Shown here piece by piece: positions 1 through 17,500 of a DNA stretch of 64,000 bases. Positions within the stretch are counted from its first letter, which is position 1, and each line of letters starts with the position of its first letter. Position numbers and translations under genes: made by a program. Origin of the DNA: the human T2T-CHM13v2.0 reference genome, Homo sapiens; assembly GCF_009914755.1 (NCBI RefSeq), contig NC_060929.1; one strand, written 5' to 3'. The notes below the pieces were generated by a model. The model did no database searches. It worked only from the letters and a program-made list of their open reading frames with translations, and was not told the origin of the DNA.

Positions 1-610
<610 letters not shown>

Positions 611-1128
611 AGAAGTTATAGTCATGAGGAGCAGAGGCAATGGCAGTCAAAGAATTTGCTTTTCCAGTGTTTGGGTATCATGTTTTTCAATATCAAATGG
701 GGGGTTTTATAAAGGCCTCCTGGCCTGGCCTTTTGCCATTTTCAGCTTCTGCAGAAAAGTGCTGAAAGGGCTGTATGGGTGGGAGAGAAGAACAGGCATT
801 CTTTGTCTCATTCTCAGCTCTGTCCAGGATCCCTGTGGCCCTGCTCACTTCCTGCTTTCAAGAGGAGCAGCTGCTGCTGATTGGTTGCTATTAGGACCAG
901 CCTAGAGCCAAACTAGGGGGAAAAAAAACCCTGCTATTTTACCCGGGCTGACTTTGGGCTGAATTGAGTCTGTTTGTCCACTATGAAACGTTGGCAACCA
1001 CCAAGAGTGGAGAAAAATACAAGCACATTTGAATGTTTCGTATCTTTTTAACTGTGTGATTTTACAGTTACAGAGAAGATGAGATAATGACATAATCTAG
1101 GGAGACTATCTGGCCAAACAGGCCTCAT

Positions 1129-1225
1129 ATGTGTGTATCTATGTGTGCATGTGAGTGTGTGTATATATTTCATATGTGTGAACATGTTTGTGTGTATCTA
1201 TATGTATACGTGTGTGCATTCATGT
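1129..1225. repeat. Degenerate (TG/TA)n low-complexity repeat
   Basis: gtgtgtatctatgtgtgcatgtgagtgtgtgtata... Confidence 0.8.
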
Positions 1226-2149
1226 GGGGAGGTAGAGGGATGGGAAGAGGTAAATTATCATGACAATTCAGGGATGGTTTTCCCACTGAAGAGTCCAAAA
1301 CTGGACTTGGGAGAGCGTTTAAAGGTTGTCAGATCCATGGTACTCAGTCACATTAATCAAGCTCACAAAAGACTAATTAATAATTCAGAATGCCATTTGC
1401 TTAATTTATAGTGAGAGATCAAATTGCCAAGGGGGCTGGGGAATGCATATCTGCTAGTCAGGGGATTCTTTCGCTAGGACCCTGAGCTCCAGGCCCTGCA
1501 GGCACCCACATTTGGGGCTGGGCTGCACAGACTGCTTGAGGCTGCCTACCTGTCAAACTCCACATTCTCAAGAGAACAGATGTATCTTCACGAGGGAAGC
1601 CTGTGATAGTCAAAAAGATTGTTTGGTGATCAAGGCAAGGCACGTGGATGGTGTGAATGGCCAACATTATTGAACTGCACGGCCAGCCGTGTGGCCCAGA
1701 TAGTTGGTTTTGCTGGTCGGAGTACTTTCTTCCTGCATCAGCACTGGGCTTCCCTGAGAAATCCTGATACTTTGCCGCGGTCTGTCTATTCAGTCTGACT
1801 TCTTACATTCACAATTCCCTAAAAAAAGATGTCTGAGGACTATTTCCCAGACTATAGTTTTCTTTTTTATTTAGTGAATACTTGATTAGATTTCTGGGCC
1901 CTCCCCCTCCTGCTTTTGATCTGAAAACTATTGTGCCTGTTATGGTAACCTTTGTGGATGATAGAACTTCATTTATTATGTGAAGATCGTGCTAACTTAA
2001 TACTCAAAAGAAAACCATTCTTGCAAATGCACATGTCACATTTCACCATCTCCCATGGGTTGACTACAGGTGGGAGGAGGAGGAGATTTTCATTCAAGGA
2101 TTTGGTGTAATTAATGAGAGAGAGCAGTTCAGAACCAGAACCACTTGAA

Positions 2150-2250
2150 GATCTGGGCTGAGACACGGCTCTGCTCGTTCATATCTATGCGTCTTTAGAC
2201 AAACTGTTTAGCGTCTCTTAGGGTCATCATTGTAAAATAGGAATAATACT
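2150..2250 (+). mobile_element. MIR fragment
   Basis: ggctctgct...catcattgtaaaataggaataata resembles the MIR core. Confidence 0.6.
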
Positions 2251-2774
2251 TGCTATGGTTTGAATGTGTTCTCTAAAGGTTGTATTAAAAACTTAATCCC
2301 CAGTACAACAGTGTTGAAAGGTAAGACCTTTAAGAAGTGATTACTTCATGAGGGCTCTGGCCTCATGAATGGAGTAATGTCATTATCTTGGGAGTGAGTT
2401 TGTCATTGTGAGAACAAGTTTAGTATGAAAGTGAGTTTGGCCCCCTTTTGCTGTCTCTTGTGAACTCTTTGGCCTTTCTGCCTTCTGACATGGGATGATG
2501 CAGCAAGAAAGCCCTCCCCAGATGTGAGCCCTCAATTTTGGGCTTCCCAGCCTCCAGAACCAAGAGCTGAATGCCAATAATTTTAATTAATAATTAATAA
2601 TAAATTTATTTTAATTATAAAGAATTATATAACTGTAATTCTTTATAATTATATAATTATATAAATATATAATTTTTATATATAAAAATTATATAATTTC
2701 TTTATTATAATTCAATTATAAATTACCCAGTTTCAGATATTCTGTTATATAGCAGCACAAAATGGACTAAGATA
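2251..2774 (+). mobile_element. ERVL-MaLR solo LTR (MST/MLT1A-like) with AT-rich expansion
   Basis: Starts tgctatggtttgaatgtg and ends gcagcacaaaatggactaagata; AT-rich insert at ~2575-2720. Confidence 0.85.
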
Positions 2775-2779
2775 GGTGG

Positions 2780-3000
2780 TTCATTCAGACAACAAATATT
2801 AATCAATTACTAAGATGCCAGGCACTGCAGTAGGTACTAGGCATACAGCAGTGACCAAATTTAACCAACATTCATGCCCTCAGGTAGCTTATGTTCTAGT
2901 GAGAGGAGCATACAAAGAAGGAGATAAATACATAAAGTGTTTAATATCAGAAAGTGACATATGCTGTAAAGAAAAATAAAGCAGAAAAGGGCTGTTATGA
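2780..3000 (-). mobile_element. L2 3' end fragment
   Basis: tcattcagacaacaaatatt...gccaggcactgcagtaggtactagg...atgccctcaggtagcttatgttctagtg. Confidence 0.75.
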
Positions 3001-3749
3001 CAAGTAAATGAAAAAATTAATGTATGTAAATTCTTGGCAGAGTGCCTGGCATAAAACGACAGCAAACATTTTAGCTGTTCTTACTAATTCAACTACAATT
3101 ATAGAGCTTGGTGTACCCCTCAGAATAGCACAATGTCCTCTCACACACCTCAGCATGTAGTTAGGCTACCCATGACCACTGTATTTCCAATGAAAGTTGA
3201 ATATTTTTCTATTTTTGCTTAGGGCAAAAATTCAGGAAAAGTATTTAGAACAACGCATAAATTATCCTTAATTTCACCACTCAGAGATAACTGGTATTAA
3301 CATTTGATGTATATTTTCCCTGGCTCTTCTTTTTTCTTTAGACACACATCACATGTTTTTAAAAATGCAAATAAACTCCCTGCTATCTAATCTGCTTTGA
3401 TCACTTAACGCTGTTATGAATATCTCATGTCAACAAGCACAGATTCACATCATTATTCTCATGCCCAGGTATAGTCCACTGAAAAGGTCAACCTTAAACC
3501 TTCCAACTGCTCCCTCACTGATTAATACATGTCCAACTGACATCCCAAGTTTTCATTTCTATGAAAATGCTTTGGTTTTAAAGGCACCAACTTCACTATT
3601 TGGCCCCGAGTTTATCTTGATTTTTATCATGGGAAAGTGTATGTTGTTTCCATATTTACTATGAACTTTAATCAGTTTTTATAAAGCCAGCAGGGAAGAT
3701 TGAGTAGAACTCTTTCATAGGGCAAGCTTGGTGCCCACTTTCATTTATA

Positions 3750-4625
3750 GTCAATTCAATGTCATCATATTCAACTGAAATATATTTTTAACATTCACCG
3801 TGTTAGGACACCACCCTGGCTCCTGCTGGAAGCCAAGATGAGTAAGACATAATTCTTGTCTCCAAGGAGGCCGTGACAGATACACAGACATCTGTGATAC
3901 GGTATATAGGTCAGAAGAATCATGACATTTCAAAGTAGAGAGAGAACATATTGGTTTGGTGTTCTCATGAAAGGTTGTGCAGAGTTCAGGGCATTTGGGA
4001 CATGCTTTTATTGTAGTAGGTGGTGGTGAGGATTAGGGAAGTCTGGACAGAGGCAAGAGTATGAGACAAATGGGAAACAGGAGGGGAACCATCCAATCGG
4101 ACACAGGAAACAAGTAAGGAAGCAGTGAGCAGCAAACCTGGAAGGTACCTTGAGCCCAGTTGATAATAGCTGTTGAGAAAACAGGCAGGAGTGTTTTTAC
4201 TTAGCACAGTACACGATGGGGAGTTATTAAAGATCTTTGACCAGTGAATAAAGTGGAAGAAGTCGGAGTGATTATATATGTGAGTTGCCAACTAGCAGGA
4301 TAGTTATGTGGTTATGAAATTCTGAAGTGGAATATTGGCTAAGGGAAAGGAAAGCAGGGAATAGACCCCAGAAGACTAAGGTATAGAATCTAGAGGCCAG
4401 AAGGGGAGATGAAAAGCAAAAGTCCCAGAGTACACAGACTTTTGAACCTGGGTTCCTGGGAGCATGACTGTGCTACCAGCAAAAGAGGCAACAAAGAACA
4501 CACAGTGGGCTAGTGGGGAGAGACATCATTTCAGCTGGGACTAGTTGAGTTTGGGGTCATGCAAATGGAGCTGTTCATCAAGTCTCAAGCTCATGGACAA
4601 GCTCAAGGTCAGGGGTCCATATTTG
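3750..4625 (-). mobile_element. Highly diverged L2 fragments
   Basis: ttcaactgaaatattt...ttgtctccaaggagg and later gttgagtttggggtc...ggagctgttc L2-like motifs. Confidence 0.5.
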
Positions 4626-4639
4626 GGCATTTTCTGCAT

Positions 4640-4845
4640 TCCAAGTCTCCCTTACCAGCATTGTGAACTTGGGGAAAAGTTATTTAACTTTTTATACCTC
4701 AGTTTCTTCATCTGTAAAACTGCAACAATAGAAGGCCTACTCATCCCACTCTTAGGGCTGTTGTGAAGAATAAATTATTTAATACCCCCCAGGCACATAG
4801 AGCGATGCCTGGCATGTAATATGTATTTAAATGTTTGCTTTATGT
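4640..4845 (+). mobile_element. MIR
   Basis: cctcagtttcttcatctgtaaaa...tgcctggcatgtaa. Confidence 0.8.
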
Positions 4846-5164
4846 CATCAGCATGTTGATTAAGCAGGACTCTTTAGATATAGTCTTAAAAGACATTTTA
4901 TTTTTGTCTCCTTTGTCCTTTAAAGGTTATTCTGGGGAGAAGTTCTAAATAAAAATGTAGGCAGAGAAACTCAGGAGGACTCAGGTGGCATATCTTTCTC
5001 AGAAGAAATGTCTGGACAAAGGCCAGATGGCTGAGTAGAAGTTGGCCAGATTGAGGGAAGTGCATTGTAAGGGCAGGAGGAAGGAGAGGAGAGTGTTTCT
5101 GATATACAGTAAAGGTGACGGGGTGAGAGCCTGATGTCTTGGAGGAACTAAAGATGGATCTTTA

Positions 5165-5355
5165 TGGCTGCGGAGGTGCTTGTGGGAGGTGACTCTGGGT
5201 GGTGGCTGTGGGAGGGCTGTGGGGTGATTGTGGAGATATCTGTGGGGGTGACTGTGGAGGGTGTGGCTGTGGGGCTGGTAGTGGAGATAAATGTCTTTGG
5301 GGGGGAACTGTGTGTGCCTGTAACTGTGGAATTGTGGAGGTGCCTGTGGTGTGAG
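5165..5355. repeat. Degenerate GTG-rich tandem repeat
   Basis: Recurrent ggtgactgtggag / ggctgtggg units. Confidence 0.75.
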
Positions 5356-6399
5356 GGTTCTTCTCTGAATAGGGCAGGTCTTAAACACAGGGCCTCATAG
5401 AAAGTGGGCAGGAAATAAACATTGTTGAAAGTGAAGTCTACAAACTATGTAGGTTTTTCATTCTTCTTTAACACAATTTCCCTTCTCACAATTTAAAACC
5501 ATCATGCATCAACTTCCTGCTTTTATTCACTGGAAAATTTTAGGTCCATCTTCAAGTGGTTCTCGACTTGGAAATCAGAGGGAGAGAGCTCTTTTGGGCT
5601 CTTCATGTAGAAGCTCTCATAGAGTTTGTTTGCTGCTAACCACGTTTTCCCAGATAGTAACAATTGAAGGCGAGTAAGGGATTGAAGCCTAGGGCCAAGA
5701 ATTATCCTTTAGATAGGGTGAATCAACTTGACTCTGTTCAAAGCACAAGATATCTCAAAGGTCGTTATCTTTAGAAAAAATGTTGATCAATGATATCTTT
5801 CAGGCAATCAACTGTGTTGAAATATAATTTATACTTCTTTTTACTTTCTCTTCTTTCAGTGAATTAAATTATAACCAAGCTTATTTCTTGATTTACATTT
5901 CTCCTTAATTATTCTGAGCTAAGTTCTACCCTGCAGAGCTCCAGAAAATGGATAAAATATGCATTTGAGTGTCGAACAGCAGCGGCAGACACCTACACAC
6001 CAAACCCTGGCTGTGTGGGATGCTGCCATTTTCCCCAAGTCATTTCAGGTCAGAAACACCTCTGCTCCCAAAGAATACTGCTTAGGGGCCCACACACACA
6101 AGGTCTCTATGCATCTTATGATATGAGAATCAGGGAGCAGCTCATTGTTCTGCACCCTCTCGAGTATAAGACCAGGGCTATTTTTCTGCCCCTATAGGCA
6201 TAGAAAGGGTTCTCCAATTATTCAGCCCAACAGGACCTCTACAGGGCTTGAAGTTCAGAATCAGAGAATAATTTTGCTTTGTTGCAATCCATTTAGCAGA
6301 GCCTTCTTTTTAAAATAACATTAATACATATCGTTGTGGAACATTTGGAAACTAGAAAATTGTGATGCCTAAAATTAAAAAGTACCCTCAATTCCACAG

Positions 6400-6652
6400 A
6401 GTTAGTCTCAGTTGGCATGTTCTTTGGCTTTTGGCCTTTTGCCTCCTCTCTTCCCATAATGCAGATGTAATGCCTAGAAATGTCACAGGCATCTTACAAC
6501 CTTGAAGACAGAATTCACAGGCTGAGCATGAAGGAGCATGAAGGTGGAGCCTGGGTTCTCAAAGACATTGTTGAAGCACCATTCTGGTTCTCTACTGCTA
6601 CCTCTAAACTTTCTGTTGCTTGAGTTAAATAAACCTTTATCATTTGAAGCCA
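6400..6652 (+). mobile_element. Old MaLR LTR fragment (MLT1-like)
   Basis: aatgcagatgtaatgcctaga...ggagcctgggttctc...aaataaacctttatcatttgaagcca. Confidence 0.55.
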
Positions 6653-6654
6653 TT

Positions 6655-8345
6655 AAAATAGCTTTCTATTGAAGTATAACATACTTTTGGAAAAGTGCAT
6701 CACAAGTTTACAGCACGATGGAGTTTTTCATAGCTAATACACGTGTAGACAGTTCCCAAATTAAGAAAAAGAACATTATCATCCCTGAGAAGTGACTTCT
6801 TGTCACTCCCACTTCTGAAAGTAACCAGCATCTGAAAATGACCATAGATTAGTTTTGCCTGTTTTTGAACTTTATGTGAACCAAATCACATAGGTTTCCC
6901 TTTCTGTCTGGTTTCTTCTGATTAACATTCTATTTGTGAGATTTATTCATGCTGCTGTGTATAACATTATTTGTTCCTTCTGCTTGTTGTGTGATAGTAT
7001 AATTTATAAATATACCACAATATATTTATTTATTCTGCTGTTCATAGACATTTGAGCTGTTTCCAGCTTGGAGCTATTTACAAGTAGTACTGCTATGAAC
7101 ACTCTTGTACATATCTTTTAGTGAATACATGTACACTTTCTGTGGGATAAGTAACCAGGAATAGAATTCCTAGATCATGACATAGGTATGTCCTATTTTG
7201 GTAGATACTACAGGTATCCAAATAGTTTCCAAAGTTGTGTCAATTTACACTCCAAACAGCAGTGTATGAGAGTTTCAGTTGCTTCATAGCATTGCTACTA
7301 CTTCATACGAATTGTCTATTTCATTTTAACTATTCTGATGATATGTAGTAGTATCACATTGTAGTTTAATTTGTGTTTTCTTGATGGTTATGCAAGTAGA
7401 ACATCTTTGCATATGTATATCAGCCATTTGGATATCTTTTTAAAAATTTCCTGTTCAAATATTTTGGCCATTTTTCTATTATGTTATCTGGGTTTTTTTT
7501 TTTTGTAGGGTTTCTGTATATATTTTGAATATGAGTCTTTTGTTGGATATATGTTTTGCAATTATCTTCTCCCCTTTCTGTAGCTTAATTTTTCACTCTC
7601 AATAATTTTTGTGATAAAAAGAAGTTTTTAAGTAAAATTCAATTTATCCTTTTTCCCCTTTATGGTTAGAAACTTTTGTGTTCAATATAAGAAAGTTTGC
7701 CTACCCTAAGGTCATGAAGATAGTTTCATGTGTTTCCTTTTAAATATTTTATTTTAGTTCTCACATTTAGGTTTTATATATTGTATGTATATATACATAA
7801 ATAATTGATATACATAAAAGTTATATAATTGATTTTTGTGTGTGGTGTGAGGTAGAGGTCAAAATGCATTTTTTTTCCTCATGGAAAAAAATTGATCTGA
7901 TCCTATTTATAAAAAGACACCTGTTCTCCAGTGCATCTTAATGTCACCTTTGTCACAAATGCTTCAGCTATTCAAATAGTTTTTTGTTATTACTGGCAGC
8001 CAGATAATCATATTTTCTCTATGTGTACATGTATGTGTATGAGTGTGTATACACATATGTTCTCCTTCATTCCTTCAATATTCTTTAAGAATATAGTTTT
8101 TAATATGTGCTTAATGTTTCCTTGTATTGATGTACCATCATTTATCTAACAAATACTCTGATGCTGAATATTTAAGTTGTTTCCAACTTTTGGTTATTAT
8201 GAGTTGAAAATGAATGACCTTGTCCATAAATATTTGCACAGGCATCTCATCTTCCTTAAATAAGTTCTCAGAAATGGAATTATGGGTTAAAATGTACAAA
8301 ATGTTAAAGGCTTTTGGTAGATACTGCCAAATCAGCATAGAGTTA
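6655..8345 (-). mobile_element. Ancient L1 (L1M) 3' region
   Basis: T-rich antisense L1 motifs: agattagttttgcctgtttttgaacttt, ctgctatgaacactcttgtacat, cagcagtgtatgagagtttcagttgct. Confidence 0.85.
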
Positions 8346-9496
8346 AACACTACCTGAAAAAATGGGGAGAATGTGCACTTGAAGTGCCTAATTCTGCAGC
8401 TGAGAAGCCAATAATACCACTTTAAAATATAAATATATTTATTTGACTTTTTTCAAACAACTTTAGTGAATTTTTCTACTCTTTTCCTTTCTAATGACAA
8501 CCGAAGTCATCAGATCGGAAATTACTTGACCTAAAAGTGAGATTGGCTGTCCAGGGATACCAAAAACAATTTCAATATAAATGCCTGACTATTTATTTCT
8601 TGTAGTTGAAGCTGAGAATGTGAGCACTGGAGGCAGGCTGTTTTCACATGCCACACATTATTTCTGCTTTCTCTTTTAGTTCATAGATTAGTTTTTTTTT
8701 TTTCCCTTTCTTTTGCTGTTGTCATTTTCTTAAAGTGACTGTCAAACAATTGTTCTTTTTCTTCATTCCCTAAACACTGAGTACAAGCCTGAGTCTTAGT
8801 GAATGATTCTCTCTCTCTTCAGGGTACAAGGTTTACATTGAATCAAAGAGGTTAGTACGAGCTTTTGGATTTTGGAATTATAATGAGATCATCTCTTAGC
8901 AACTACGCTTGAAGCTAATGCCATGTGTTCATTTGCAATTGTATGTTAAATTGACTTTGGTCAATCAATGCTAGGTTAAAAAATAGAGGCCATGTAGAAC
9001 TTCTTGCTCCATTATGATAAATGCTGTGACTCTCAAGGATTCTGCTGTGGACAATGGGATATAGAATTCAATCAATTTGGCACAATGCCGATTGCTTTCT
9101 AGACTGAGGAAAGAATTGACAGTTGGATGAAGAGAGGTTTTGTGGAGGAAGTGCTAATAGTGTTGACCTTCAGGAAGAAGTCCTATGCTGTTGTAGGCAA
9201 TCCTGGGTTGGCTACTATAGAAAGTGCAGAGGAGATCACTGGATCAGAGGACTTAGGCAAAAAGCACAAGTGGGCATTCTTGAGGAAGCCAGCAGATAAA
9301 CTGCCCCAGATCAAGGAGGACTCTTGCAGCCTATTCTGAGCTCCATCTCAGTTGGTGTACAGAACCTCACAAACCAAGATAGGTATGGAGGGGGACAGGG
9401 AGAGGTCCCCTGGCTCTCAATCTTGCTCAGCATTCTGAGTCTGAGCTTTCTTTTGTTGTCTCTTCCTTTCTTTCTCCTTATTTTTCCTCCCCATCC

Positions 9497-9556
9497 CCTC
9501 TCCTCCCCTCTTCTCCCCTCCCCTCGGCTCTCCTCTCCTCTCCTCTCCTCTCTCCG
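9497..9556. repeat. (CTCTC)n pyrimidine repeat
   Basis: cctctcctcccctcttctcccctc...tcctctcctctcctctcctc. Confidence 0.85.
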
Positions 9557-9949
9557 CATACCAAGTTCTTCCTGTCTGAGCCCCCTCAGTCAATTGCCTG
9601 GAGTTCTTGACACTGAGGCTCATCAGCCAGGGCCTGTTGGAAGTAAGCAGCACAGACACAGACCTGCACTCTTCTATCATCTCCTCTGGTAAGACATCTC
9701 ATAGACGATGCTCAGCTCCTGGACACGGCATTGGTGGGTGGGATAATGATTACTTGTCTAGACTGTGGCCTGACTAGATGGGGTTATATCTAGTCACTTG
9801 CCCAGGGAGGGACCAAGACATAGTCAGGTCCAGCATCTTCTCATGACATGAGACACCCCCACCCTGTATTTCCAGTCCCACTGCTTTTGATTTCAGTGAT
9901 GCCAACAAGAGCTAATTGGTTCTATTTAAAGTATGTTGGGGAAAAAAGT

Positions 9950-10375
9950 CCCTGTTTCTTTAGTTAGGATAGGGTAGGTTATACTTCAACAACAAAGCCC
10001 TGGACAACTCAATAGCTCACAGACCAAAGGCTGTTTTCTTACTTTTGCCATACGTCCATTGTGGGTTGGCTGTGGCTCTGTCTCATGTCATCCTCACTCT
10101 AGGACCCAGGCTGATAGAGCAGGCTCCGTCCAGAACATCACTATCTCTTGCAAGGTGATGGCAGTAGGCAAGGGGTGGGGGGTGGGCAGTGGAGAGCTCA
10201 GTGAACCACTTATTGGCTCTTAAAACTTCTGTTTGAAGTGATACAAGGTTCTTCTGCTCAGATTCCATTGGTCAAAGTAAGTCATGTGGCCAAATCTGCT
10301 GTCAGTGGAGTGGGGAAAGATAATCCTCCCCCAGAGAGCAGCATGGAATGTTTGTGAAAAATAACACAGTAGACC
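9950..10375 (-). mobile_element. Old MaLR LTR (MLT1-like)
   Basis: agttaggatagggtaggttat...ttccattggtcaaagtaagtcatgtggcca. Confidence 0.65.
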
Positions 10376-10426
10376 ACATGTAGTCACCAGAGGTTTAGAG
10401 ATCATCTCTATGCTGAAGACCCTTAG

Positions 10427-10586
10427 GCTGGAGGTTCTTAGACTTTTTGTGCATCAGAATTATAAGAATTCAGTAAGTCTGGGATGTGTGCTGAGAAGTT
10501 GCATTTCTAACAAGTTCCCAAGTGATGCTGAGATGCAGATGCAGCTGGTCAGGAGGCCACACTTTGAGTGATTTCAGAACCACTGC
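10427..10586. mobile_element. MER5A hAT-Charlie DNA transposon
   Basis: tgcatcagaat...tgcatttctaacaagttcccaagtgatgctga...cacactttgag...agaaccactg. Confidence 0.8.
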
Positions 10587-10959
10587 CTTAGGCTGTTAGG
10601 GAGCCCCTCGAGCAAGCACCTCATCCATGCCCCAGGGCATATCAGCTCCTGTGTGGAGAGGCCTTGCTCACATGTTTCTCTTATTGCTGAGCACTATTTT
10701 AACAGAGGGCAAACAGATATTTATTTTCAAAGATGCTGAGAAAAGAACTCTCTAGCATTTTATTTCCAAGCATCAAATGTCCTGAAGGAGGTCTGGAACC
10801 AAGCAATGGGGGCATCACAATCAAGAAAGTTCATGGCAGGAGCCAAGGCTCGAGGTGGGGGAAGCAATTCTGAGACCTGGTGGCTCCATCATGATATCAA
10901 TGGATTGTAAGTGTCTTTTAATTTTTCTTACACCAAAATGTTCTTCAAGAAGAATGAAA

Positions 10960-12560
<1,601 letters not shown>

Positions 12561-12587
12561 GAGGAATACATACTTCCAGAAGGAGTA

Positions 12588-13049
12588 TGTATTAGTCCAT
12601 TTTCATACTGCTATGAAGAAATACCTGAGACTGGGTAATTTATAAAGAAAAAGAGATTTAATGGACTCACATTTCCACATGGCTAGGGAGGCCTCACAAT
12701 TATGGCAGGAGGCAAAGGAGGAGCAAAGGCACTTCTTACATGGTGGCAGGCAAGAGAGCATGTGCAGGGGAATTGCCAGTTATAAAACCTCACAATTATG
12801 GCAGGAGGCAAAGGAGGAGCAAAGGCACTTCTTACATGGTGGCAGGCAAGAGAGCATGTGCAGGGGAATTGCCAGTTATAAAACCATCAGATCTTGTGAG
12901 ACTTACTCACTATCATGAGAACAGTGCAGGAAAACCCATCCCCATGATTCAGTTACCTCCCACCGGGTCTCTCCCATAACATGTGGGGATTATGGGAGCT
13001 AATTCTAGATGAGGTGAGATTTGAGTGAGGACACATCCAAACCATGTCA
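12588..13049 (-). mobile_element. THE1-family MaLR solo LTR with internal 96-bp tandem duplication
   Basis: tgtattagtccattttcatactgct...ccaaaccatgtca; 5-bp flanks gagta/gaata. Confidence 0.9.
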
Positions 13050-13079
13050 GAATATTTGGGGGCTTCAACTATTATTCTG

Positions 13080-13772
<693 letters not shown>

Positions 13773-14038
13773 TAAATTGTAAATCTCCTTTTGTTTGCAT
13801 TAACTATTTTATAATTTTTAAAAAAATATGTAACATTTCACACCCTCAGTTTTCTGTTTTTGCCATGGGCTGATGGAAGTTTCTTCTGGTCTTGGGCTAG
13901 CATTTGAAAACCATGCCCTAGCTCACGTTGTTGGTGCGGAATCACATCCCTCACCCACCAACGCTGGCACTCATTTTAGTCATTCTCAGACTGACCATTT
14001 CTCCTAGTTTGCCCATGATAGTCTTTGCATATACCTGT

Positions 14039-14394
14039 AAATATGGTTTGGCTGTGTCCCCACCCAAATCTCATCTTGAATTGTTGCTCCCATAACTCCC
14101 ACGTGTTGTGGGAGGGACCCAGCAGGAGATAACTGAATCACGGGGGTGGTTTCCCCCATACTGTTCTCATAGTAGTAAATATGTCTCACAAGATGTGATG
14201 GTTTTATAAGATGTTTCCCCTTTCACTTGGCTCTCATTCTCTCTGCCGCCATGTAAGACGTGCCTTTCACCCTCTGCCATGATTGTGAGGCCTCCTCAGC
14301 TGCATGGAACTGTGAGTCCATTAAACCTCTTTCCTGTATAAATTACCCAGTCTCAGGTATGTCTTTATTAGCAGTGTGAAAACAGATTAATACA
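14039..14394 (+). mobile_element. THE1 solo LTR
   Basis: atatggtttggctgtgtccccacccaaatctcatcttgaattg...gaaaacagattaataca; perfect 5-bp TSD cctgt. Confidence 0.95.
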
Positions 14395-15261
14395 CCTGTT
14401 ACCCAGTCTAATTATGAATAATGCTTTCAAAAGTGTTCTGGTTTGGAAGGTAAATTATATCAAGTCCTACCTACATGTATATAACATCTTTATCCTCAAG
14501 AGTTCAGATGGTTAAAGAACTCACAGACCTCATCCATTTTATAGGTGAAGGGAAAGCATCCCTGAAAGAACATGTGATTGAAGTTAGTCCAGCCACTGGC
14601 CAGTCTCAAAGCTGGGGCCGGATCTTGAGTTTCCCCATTTCCTCCAAGTGCACTGTTCTTGTGCTGCTTCTGCCTTAACTAAGTCTTAGAGTAGACCTGG
14701 AAAATGCTGACCCCACACATAGGAGTGATTTCATTAACATCATTGATTCTCATGTCTAAAACAAGATTTAGGGAGATGGCCTTTTGAGAGTACACAGCAG
14801 ATTGCTGGGAGGTTGGCTGCAATTCAACATGACAAGTGCAGCTTATTTTTTGATTTGTAGTATCTCTGGGTTATAACTCATAGAATAAGTCTTTGGCGTG
14901 TGAATCGTATGCAAAAGTTATCTGCCACGATGAGCTAAAAATCCACAAAACCACAATAAACGCCTCTTGTGTGAGGACCTTTGTCCGTCTCACTCAATAT
15001 TCTGTCTTTAGCAGCAGTCACTGTCATGGGGCATCGTTGTCCTTCCTGGCATGAGTGAGGATGGTGGGTGAAGATGAAGGTGCAACAGTCTCAAGTTCTC
15101 CTTAATAACAAAGAATGCACTAATTCAGATCCCTGAAGGACTTACAGTTTTAGCCTGGATATAAAGAATTCTCTTGGTTTATTATCAACTATGTAGTATA
15201 TAGTACTACATTTGTCCAGAGGACCACCTATTAGAAGCTTCAAAAGGTTCCCACTGTTTTT

Positions 15262-16960
<1,699 letters not shown>

Positions 16961-16989
16961 AATTATTTTTTATATGAAGGCTGCCAAAC

Positions 16990-17286
16990 TTTTTCTTTTT
17001 TTTTTGAGAGGTGGGATCTTACTCTGTCCCCCAGGATGGAATGCAGTGGCATGACATAGCTCACTCCAGCCTTGACCTTCTGGGCTTGAGCAATCCTCCC
17101 ACCTCAGCCCCCTGAGTAACTGAGACTACAGGCACGAGCCACCATGGCTGGTTCATTCATTTTATTTGTAGAGACGGGGTCTCATTATGTTGGCCAGGCT
17201 AGTCTCAAGCTCCTGGCTTCAAGTGGTCCTCCTGCCTTAGCCTCCCAAAGTGCTGAGATTACAGGCATAAGCCACTGTCCTGGCCC
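16990..17286 (-). mobile_element. AluJ element
   Basis: Diverged full Alu dimer in antisense. Confidence 0.9.
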
Positions 17287-17463
17287 CCCAAATTTTTTAG
17301 AATTTTGCAAACTTTAATGGAAACCCTATCTAGCCTTTGTCTCTATAGACTGAGAAGTCTTGATTTTTTTCTACATTTTCCCTATCTAGAGTCTTGATAA
17401 TTATTTTAGTGGTTCTTTATTCCATTGCTTCTATTCTGGATGTGTTTTCTTTGGGTGTGTAAT

Positions 17464-17500
17464 ATGTGTGTGTGTGTGTGTGTGTGCATGCGTGTGTGTG
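17464..17500. repeat. (TG)n microsatellite
   Basis: tgtgtgtgtgtgtgtgtgtgtgcatgcgtgtgtgtg. Confidence 0.9.

Noticed and set aside
4617-4626. Isolated CArG box CCATATTTGG
   Set aside because: Single motif in L2-like repeat sequence with no supporting sites
5937-6048. Possible exon (ctgcag acceptor, CAG|GTCAGA donor)
   Set aside because: Weak pyrimidine tract, no partner exons and no meaningful reading frame
9311-9692. Overlapping ORFs with an apparent hydrophobic segment
   Set aside because: Driven by the pyrimidine-rich (CTCTC)n tract
12692-12883. Direct repeats considered as a CRISPR-like array
   Set aside because: Two adjacent copies with no spacers, inside a mammalian LTR; no cas genes and eukaryotic context
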